Below, piece by piece: positions 57,909 through 64,000 of a stretch of DNA of 64,000 nucleotides. The notes beneath the pieces were generated by a model. That model worked only from the letters and a program-made list of their open reading frames with translations. It was not told the DNA's origin and searched no databases. A program made the position numbers and the translations under genes. The stretch is taken from the NCBI GenBank assembly GCA_963837395.1, contig CAWINI010000004.1:2699484-2763483 (forward strand), given 5' to 3'. Numbering within the stretch: position 1 is the first letter of the stretch; every line of letters starts with the position of its first letter. This DNA is from an uncultured bacterium. Lineage in GTDB: Bacteria; Acidobacteriota; HRBIN11; JAKEFK01.

Positions 57909-58574
57909 TCAAACTCCAAATAACAGTAAGATTAGTCCGATTGCGAGCAGCACGAATATCGCACCAAAACCTAACCAAATATAGATTTCGTATCCACCTT
58001 TTTCTTTAATTTCAAGAGGAGCGGACGCACTTACTTCCTCTTCTACCTTTGGTGTTTCTGCTTTTGGTTTTGGTGGTTCAGGTGCAACTTCTTCAGCAGG
58101 TGGATCTGGAACAGCTGGCGGTGGTGGTGGTGGTGGCTCAACTGCGGCAGGTTGCGGTGGTTCTTTCTCATGTTCCGCTGTGCCCGTTCGTTGACCCAAA
58201 TTGGGTTCTGTTCCTGAAGGACGTCGCAATAATGCAGCTTCAGGCGGCATAGCCTCCATGATTGTAGCACCAGGTTCGCCCTCAAATCTGATTCGATAGG
58301 GCGCGATTGTAACAACATCCATAGCGTTTAGCGGATATTTTTCCTTGGCGACAATTGGTGCACCGTTTAACAGCGTGCCATTCGTGCTTCCGAGATCCGT
58401 TACGTAATAACTGTCGTTTTCCAAAAGGAACGCAGCGTGTGATCCTGAAATTTCCGGCCGGTTAAAATGGAGATCGTTTCCTGGTTTACGTCCGATTGTG
58501 ATTCGAGGTCGATCAAACGAAATTTCCTGGTGAGAGTTATCGATGTCAGATTCAATAATCAGCCTGGCTGGCAT
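57909..58574 (-). CDS. FHA-domain protein with a Pro-rich linker and C-terminal TM anchor
   Basis: FHA core (ITIGRKPGNDLHFNRPEISGSHAAF...SYYVTDLGSTNGTLLNG); PPPPPPPAVPDPP; C-terminal helix IWLGFGAIFVLLAIGLILLLF. Confidence 0.8.
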   Translation of the reverse strand: MPARLIIESDIDNSHQEISFDRPRITIGRKPGNDLHFNRPEISGSHAAFLLENDSYYVTDLGSTNGTLLNGAPIVAKEKYPLNAMDVVTIAPYRIRFEGEPGATIMEAMPPEAALLRRPSGTEPNLGQRTGTAEHEKEPPQPAAVEPPPPPPPAVPDPPAEEVAPEPPKPKAETPKVEEEVSASAPLEIKEKGGYEIYIWLGFGAIFVLLAIGLILLLFGV

Positions 58575-58746
58575 AGTGGGTATGGTACCGCTACATTCTT
58601 AATTCGTAAAGTAGTTCATTTTATGGTTCAACCGCGCATAAACTGATCTGGAATCTAAACAAGTTTACGATTAATATTCGTATTTCATTTCTTCTTGACT
58701 CTGGCTGACTAAATCCCAAGGTAATCATTTCACCATAAACCGAGTT

Positions 58747-59724
58747 CTATTTTAACCCGACCAACCAGCCGCCTTCCTGACCGTTAGAACGAATTACGTA
58801 AGTCCCTCTTAGATTTCTACCTTCCATCTTTCCAACAAAATCTACCGCGCGCCCATCTTTTTCAGTCATTGAAAACTCGACTGGGAATGATGATGTCTTT
58901 CGATATTGACCAAAAACTTGAAACATCCCGATCGTTTTTCTGAATTCATTTTTGAATCCGCCGCTTCCACCAAGATCCATTCTCCACACTAATGTAGCTG
59001 TGCCTGATATGGAACTTCCTTGCTGCCGCAGTTTTAGATCCAGATCCAGAGTAGACTCGCGAATGTTGGAATAAAGTTTATTGTCCATTGTTCCGCTCCA
59101 GGTGCCCTCAACTTTTGCTACTCTGGCAGGAAGTCCAAAACTTAATGAAAGCAGTTTCGATTTTTGATCTGCGGGGACAGTATTTAAAAAATCAACGGCG
59201 TAATAACGTCCGCCGCTTTGATCATTTCCAACAGCGTAAAAATTTTCGATCTGTTCGAAAACGAGACCACCTGAAGCTACAATTCCAGTATCTTCAGGAC
59301 TTTTTACTTGAACAAAAGTGCGATAGTACGACCACAACAACATTTGCCACCATTTTGCCAATTCCTCTAATTCAACTCCGCGCTGATTTAATTTGCTGTA
59401 GGCATAAGTATCTTCAGACAAAACTCGCAACAACGGCGATTTCGTACCATCAACTGCTCCATCCGCAAAAAGCGAATAGGCATTATCTTGATTCGAGATT
59501 GTTACCTGGGCATCTGGATTGGATTGAAAATAAGTAACAGCGTTGTTCAGATTTTTCGCAACTATTTCGGCTCGCTCACGACTGCTTCCTGCATCATCTT
59601 TTGCCACCAAAACCAAAAGTGGACCTATGTTTGTTTCAACCGAATATTCATTAAAACCGAGAGGCGTTGCATATGGTTTTGCTACAAACGAAAGTCTGAA
59701 CACTTCCTGCGGGTTTTCAATCAC
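58747..59724 (-). CDS. hypothetical soluble protein, translationally coupled to the upstream 2xFHA gene
   Basis: 325 aa; no TM helix or signal peptide; no recognisable motif; 8-nt overlap with the 59717..61306 gene. Confidence 0.55.
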   Translation of the reverse strand: MIENPQEVFRLSFVAKPYATPLGFNEYSVETNIGPLLVLVAKDDAGSSRERAEIVAKNLNNAVTYFQSNPDAQVTISNQDNAYSLFADGAVDGTKSPLLRVLSEDTYAYSKLNQRGVELEELAKWWQMLLWSYYRTFVQVKSPEDTGIVASGGLVFEQIENFYAVGNDQSGGRYYAVDFLNTVPADQKSKLLSLSFGLPARVAKVEGTWSGTMDNKLYSNIRESTLDLDLKLRQQGSSISGTATLVWRMDLGGSGGFKNEFRKTIGMFQVFGQYRKTSSFPVEFSMTEKDGRAVDFVGKMEGRNLRGTYVIRSNGQEGGWLVGLK

Positions 59725-61306
59725 AGGAGGTGCCCGGCAAAATTATGAAGTCCATTGTATTTTTTGTCCGCATATTATTGATTCGAACTGTAACCGGAAC
59801 CTTAAGCCCCTCGTCAGGAATGTTATCTGCAGGACTCGGAACTGTGGCAATAATGTCATCACCATCCACCCGAGTACCAGCGAGATCGCCGCCGAATAAC
59901 ACACTCGTGGATTGACCGGGCATATTCGTTTTGATTCGCACTTCAGATCCAACTCCGCCTGAAAGGGGATTCATATTTTGAATGCGAGGGGCAATCAGCA
60001 CTTTGAAATTGATTCGCGAAAGAACATCTTTTTCGCCCATCACCAGAATTTCTGAATCGGTTTCCGCACCAGAAAGATTGGGAAAATCAGGTAATTTTAT
60101 TTCCAAACCCTCTTTATCGCGCTTTAAGACAAATGCATCTTGATCCAAAATCTTTACAGCTTTCACATCTTCAGGATCAAAGCTTCCCTGAACATGAATT
60201 AAATCCCCAGTACTCCCTTTTTCAGGACTCGCTAAGGGTGGCGTTAATGAACCTTTTCCCCAAATGAAAAATATGATCAGACCTAAAACTGAAAGCCCCA
60301 ATACTATTCCGCCGATAGCTCCAAGTGAATATCCACGGCGGACTTCTGGTAGTTGAACAGGAACTTCTTCTCTTTCTTCAACAGCGACTGCACTTTCTGC
60401 AGCTTCTTCTTCAGATTTTTTCTCTGCCGCTTCAGCACCTTCTGCAGCAGACTCTGCACCTTCTCCGGCAGCAGCCTCTTCAGCGATTTTTTCTCCTTCT
60501 TTCGCAGCAGCATCCGTTACTTCTTTTGATTGCAATTTACCCGGTGTGCTGTCGGTCATTTGCATATCTTCCAGCTTTGATAACAATGCTTCCGCGGGAT
60601 TGCTGAAGATGAGAATTACAGGAGCTGAGCTTGATTGTTGTCCGAATCGAATTTCATCACGGTCACGCAATCTGCGACTTCCACTGATCCGCTCATCGTT
60701 GATGAAAGTTCCATTGGCACTGTTTAAATCTTTAATGAAAGCACCAGACCATGACAATGAGAGTTCAGCATGTCTGCGTGAAACGCTGGGATGTTCGATG
60801 ACGATATCAACACCGCTTGTTCTGCCGGAAATCAGAGTTGTGCCTTCAGTCAGCTCATACTGTTTTCCATTTTCCGGGCCGCCCATCAAAATGACTCTCG
60901 GTTTTTCGGCCGTGCTGGTTTGCCAGGAACCGAGAACTTCCATGACCATCTGTCGCGCAACCTGAACTGTTGCCCCAGAATCGATCCCCAAAACGTTGAT
61001 GCCTGTGGAAAAATACAGATCGAAGGTTTGAATTCTAATCAGATCGCTGTCGCTAAGAAGCTTTTTTTCACCAGCCACCAGGCGCTCACCATTGAGAAAA
61101 GTTCCATTGATGGAACCTCGATCGATCAAGTAGTAGTTGTCGTTTTCTTTTTCGATTTGGGCGTGGTATCCCGAGACGGACGCCATCGGGAGTTGAATAT
61201 CATTCTCTTTTAATCGGCCGATAGTAATTAACGGCTGATCAAACTCATAGCTGTAATCCTTAGTCCCGCCCTCGGTGAGCTGGGCTTTTACGACCAACTT
61301 GATCAT
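59717..61306 (-). CDS. membrane protein with two N-terminal FHA domains, an acidic Ala/Glu-rich linker, one TM helix and a ~180-aa extracytoplasmic domain
   Basis: FHA1 (ITIGRLKENDIQLPMASVSGYHAQI...YYLIDRGSINGTFLNG); FHA2 (TLISGRTSGVDIVIEHPSVSRRHAEL...FIKDLNSANGTFIND); TM LGAIGGIVLGLSVLGLIIFFIW. Confidence 0.8.
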   Translation of the reverse strand: MIKLVVKAQLTEGGTKDYSYEFDQPLITIGRLKENDIQLPMASVSGYHAQIEKENDNYYLIDRGSINGTFLNGERLVAGEKKLLSDSDLIRIQTFDLYFSTGINVLGIDSGATVQVARQMVMEVLGSWQTSTAEKPRVILMGGPENGKQYELTEGTTLISGRTSGVDIVIEHPSVSRRHAELSLSWSGAFIKDLNSANGTFINDERISGSRRLRDRDEIRFGQQSSSAPVILIFSNPAEALLSKLEDMQMTDSTPGKLQSKEVTDAAAKEGEKIAEEAAAGEGAESAAEGAEAAEKKSEEEAAESAVAVEEREEVPVQLPEVRRGYSLGAIGGIVLGLSVLGLIIFFIWGKGSLTPPLASPEKGSTGDLIHVQGSFDPEDVKAVKILDQDAFVLKRDKEGLEIKLPDFPNLSGAETDSEILVMGEKDVLSRINFKVLIAPRIQNMNPLSGGVGSEVRIKTNMPGQSTSVLFGGDLAGTRVDGDDIIATVPSPADNIPDEGLKVPVTVRINNMRTKNTMDFIILPGTSCD

Positions 61307-61346
61307 AGGGTTTTAAGAAAGGAGCATAGCACAAATTCTTAGTGAC

Positions 61347-61919
61347 TCAGCGGTTTAATTCTAGCAATTGGCAAAGCAAATGGATGATCATTCCATGAAC
61401 TTCCTGAATTCGTGGAGTGGACTGGTGCGGCACAATAAGCGCAGCATCGCATAGCAGCATTGCACGTCCGCCATCCCGGCCTAGAAGACCAACCGTCTGG
61501 CATCGCTTATCCCGAGCCATTTTCAAACCCTCTACAATGTTAGTAGAGTTTCCGCTGGTCGAAATGGCAATTGCAAGATCTGATGGATCCGCAAGGGTCT
61601 CGATTTGTTTGGCGAAAATGGAATCGAAACCTTCATCATTGCTTATGGCAGTCAGTAAGGATGTATCGGTATGCAGCGCATGAGCACGCATTCCGATCGG
61701 GGAATTTTCGACCCTATGCATGAGTTCGGCAGCAAAATGTTGGGCATCTGCTGCTGAACCACCATTTCCAAAAATCAATACCTTCCGTTTTTGATTTCGA
61801 ACTTCTTTGAGCAGTTCATAAACCTGGAGCATGTTGTCCATGTTCTTGTTGAAAAACTCCCGTTTTAAATCAAGGGAAGCTTCAACGGAGCTTCTGATAA
61901 AATTTTCAGCGTCACTCAT
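61347..61919 (-). CDS. gmhA: D-sedoheptulose-7-phosphate isomerase (phosphoheptose isomerase, SIS domain)
   Basis: IFGNGGSAADAQHFAAEL...ISTSGNS...QEVH motifs collinear with GmhA; 190 aa. Confidence 0.85.
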   Translation of the reverse strand: MSDAENFIRSSVEASLDLKREFFNKNMDNMLQVYELLKEVRNQKRKVLIFGNGGSAADAQHFAAELMHRVENSPIGMRAHALHTDTSLLTAISNDEGFDSIFAKQIETLADPSDLAIAISTSGNSTNIVEGLKMARDKRCQTVGLLGRDGGRAMLLCDAALIVPHQSTPRIQEVHGMIIHLLCQLLELNR

Positions 61920-62974
61920 ATGATTAGCATCGCATCGCCATAGCTATAAAATCGATAGCCTTCGTTCACAGCATGTTCATAAGCTTTACGGATGTGTGTA
62001 TATCCGCCAAAAGCTGCAACCAGCATTAAAAGCGATGACTTTGGAAGATGAAAGTTCGTAATGAGACCGGAAGTAATTAGGAATTTGTAGCCGGGGTAGA
62101 TGAATAGCCCTGTGCTTCCTTGAAGTTCACCGGTAGCAGCGATGCTTTCAATGGTACGAGTTGTTGTTGTGCCTACAGCAATGACGCGGCGCGCATTCTG
62201 AATTTTTTTCCAGGCAGCTGATGAACAAAAATAAGTCTCCGGATGGAGGCTGTGTTTTCGTATGTCGTTGCTTTTCACCGGACGGAATGTTCCGGGTCGT
62301 ACATGCAATGTAATTCGCGCAGTTTGAATACCACGTTCGCGAAGATCATTCAGGATTTTGCGAGTAAAGTGAAGGCCGGCTGTTGGTGCTGCAATCGAAC
62401 CACGAATTTTAGCGTAAATAGTCTGATATCGTTTTTGATCCATCGAATCTGGTTCGCGTTTGATATAAGGCGGAAGTGGAAGATTTCCATGCGAACTCAG
62501 TAGCTGATCGACATCATCTTGAAATCGCAAGATACGTCCGACAGTTGAAAGCGATAAAACTTCCGCTTTGATTCCATTTTCGAATTGTACTTGATCTCTC
62601 GGACGAAATTTCTTTCCTGGATATACCAGAGCATCCCAACAATTCTTTTCTGTTTCATGAATCAACAACACTTCACCGCGATCCGATTGCAATCGCGATG
62701 GAATCACTCGAGTGTTGTTTAAAACAATGAGGTCATCTTTTTGTAATAACTTTGGCAGGTCTAAAAAATGTTTGTCCGAAATTTTTCCTGTGATGCGATC
62801 AAGTCGTAACAATCGCGAAGTGTCGCGTTTCTTTAATGGGTATTGTGCGATTCGATCCGCTGGGAGCTCATAATCATAAGAATTCAAATCGAATAGATTG
62901 TCAGACAGAGGCCCGGCCTCCGCTCCCGGCTTCCGCGAGGCCGGGCCTCGATCGGTCTGTGCTGTTGCTTTCAT
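61916..62974 (-). CDS. queA: S-adenosylmethionine:tRNA ribosyltransferase-isomerase
   Basis: [16 protein letters not shown] and VGTT motifs; 352 aa; 4-nt overlaps with both gmhA and ruvB. Confidence 0.9.
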   Translation of the reverse strand: MKATAQTDRGPASRKPGAEAGPLSDNLFDLNSYDYELPADRIAQYPLKKRDTSRLLRLDRITGKISDKHFLDLPKLLQKDDLIVLNNTRVIPSRLQSDRGEVLLIHETEKNCWDALVYPGKKFRPRDQVQFENGIKAEVLSLSTVGRILRFQDDVDQLLSSHGNLPLPPYIKREPDSMDQKRYQTIYAKIRGSIAAPTAGLHFTRKILNDLRERGIQTARITLHVRPGTFRPVKSNDIRKHSLHPETYFCSSAAWKKIQNARRVIAVGTTTTRTIESIAATGELQGSTGLFIYPGYKFLITSGLITNFHLPKSSLLMLVAAFGGYTHIRKAYEHAVNEGYRFYSYGDAMLII

Positions 62975-64000
62975 TTTTCAAACAAGCTTTGCTGATAATT
63001 CGATTTGGCTGGTGTAAGTCCAAAGTGTTTATAGGCATTTAGCGTCACAATGCGGCCTTGCGGAGTACGATTTAAGAAACCGATTTGCATCAGGTAAGGC
63101 TCATAAATATCTTCCAATGTGGATTTTTCTTCCGATGTCGCTGCTGCCAGCGCGCTTACACCAACAGGACCGCCATTAAACTTTTGGATAATTGTTAGTA
63201 ATAATTTTCGATCGACTTCATCCAATCCTAAATGATCTACTTCCAGCATCTCCAATGCTTTCATCGCAACCGAGTGAGTGATTACGCCATCGGCTTCGAC
63301 TTGCGCAAAATCGCGAACGCGACGCAAAAAGCGATTTGCAATTCGCGGCGTTCTTCGTGAACGCATCGCGATCTCGCGGATCCCTTCTTCTTCAATCGGA
63401 ATATTTAGAATGCGCGCAGACCGGGTAAGAATCTTGTAAATATCATCAACGCTGTAATAATCCAGAGTGTGCCGGATTAAGAAGCGATCGCGTAACGGCT
63501 TTGTGAGTGATCCTGCACTGGTTGTAGCACCAATCAAAGTGAAAGGTGGCAAATTAATTCGGAGTGTGCGCGCGGATGGGCCTTGTCCGATAATAATATC
63601 CAGTTTGTAATCTTCCATTGCTGGATACAACACTTCTTCAATTGCTGAATTTAACCGGTGAATTTCATCAATGAACAAAACTTCTTTCTCTTGAAGGTTC
63701 GTTAACAGAGCAACCAGATCTCCGGCACGTAAAATCACAGGCCGGAAGTTGTTTTGATACTACTTCCCATTTCATGAGCAACGATGTTGGCGAGAGTAGT
63801 TTTGCCCATTCCGGGAGGACCCATCAGCAGAATATGATCCAAAGCATCGTTGCGCTGTTTAGCGGCTTGAATTGCAACCTGCAAGTTCTTGCGCACTTTT
63901 TCCTGACCGACGTATTCAGCAAATGTTTTTGGACGAAGATGAGCTTCTTCTTTTAATTCTTCGCCACTCGGTGGGCTAAAAACGATCCGTTCCGCCTTGT
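62971..64000 (-). CDS. ruvB: Holliday junction branch-migration ATPase RuvB (runs off the window end; frameshifted at about 63740-63745 in this assembly)
   Basis: C-terminal part ([14 protein letters not shown]...[10 protein letters not shown]...sensor and winged-helix regions) is at 62971..63738. The Walker A part ([30 protein letters not shown]) is in another frame upstream; restoring one G in the GG run at 63740-63741 (plus strand) rejoins them as [13 protein letters not shown]. Confidence 0.85.

Noticed and set aside
59088-59537. Plus-strand ORFs (59088-59537, 59488-59748, 59543-59899, 60325-60606, 60546-60965, 60791-61213) within the FHA operon
   Set aside because: All lie antisense to well-supported minus-strand genes and have no independent signals

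Overview
The window is a gene-dense 64 kb chromosomal segment of a diderm (outer-membrane-bearing) bacterium. BamD, a TonB C-terminal domain, PpiD/SurA-type PPIase, GmhA heptose isomerase and ArnT/PMT-type GT-C transferases are all present. By eye the base composition is moderately AT-rich. No transposases, integrases, CRISPR arrays or rRNA were seen.

Most of the coding capacity is housekeeping: alaS, fused glyQS, ppdK, smc, nadB, coaD, rpe, ilvE, recO, recX, lexA-dinB, ruvB-queA-gmhA, rpmB, pilT and one tRNA-Ala(GGC). Several local gene orders resemble Firmicutes (recO-glyQS, ruvB-queA, PASTA-rpe, B. subtilis-like L28) despite the diderm envelope.

The window is unusually rich in eukaryote-like Ser/Thr phospho-signalling parts.
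- A receptor with two intact kinase domains plus extracytoplasmic PEGA domains sits next to a secreted TPR-PEGA protein.
- A degenerate pseudokinase domain is fused to a TonB-like TM/Pro-rich/TonB_C module.
- A kinase-less tri-PASTA membrane protein lies where PrkC sits in Firmicutes.
- A three-gene membrane FHA module encodes three FHA domains in total.

Other notable content:
- A peptidoglycan-remodelling operon (SLT, TPR-polyacidic-AIM24, MltD-LysM).
- A polyprenyl-phosphate-sugar glycosylation cluster (GT2 plus three GT-C-type enzymes).
- A lexA-dinB SOS unit with a divergent TM/coiled-coil gene and palindromic operator candidates.
- A family of intergenic palindromes whose arms are tandem 7-8 nt repeats, including two dispersed copies that share a 21-mer.

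Five genes (pilT, pseudokinase-TonB, AIM24 protein, glyQS, ruvB) are interrupted by single-nucleotide frameshifts. Four of these sit in short G/C homopolymers, which points to assembly indel errors rather than real pseudogenes. The tRNA-Ala appears to carry its G.U pair at 2:71 instead of 3:70.
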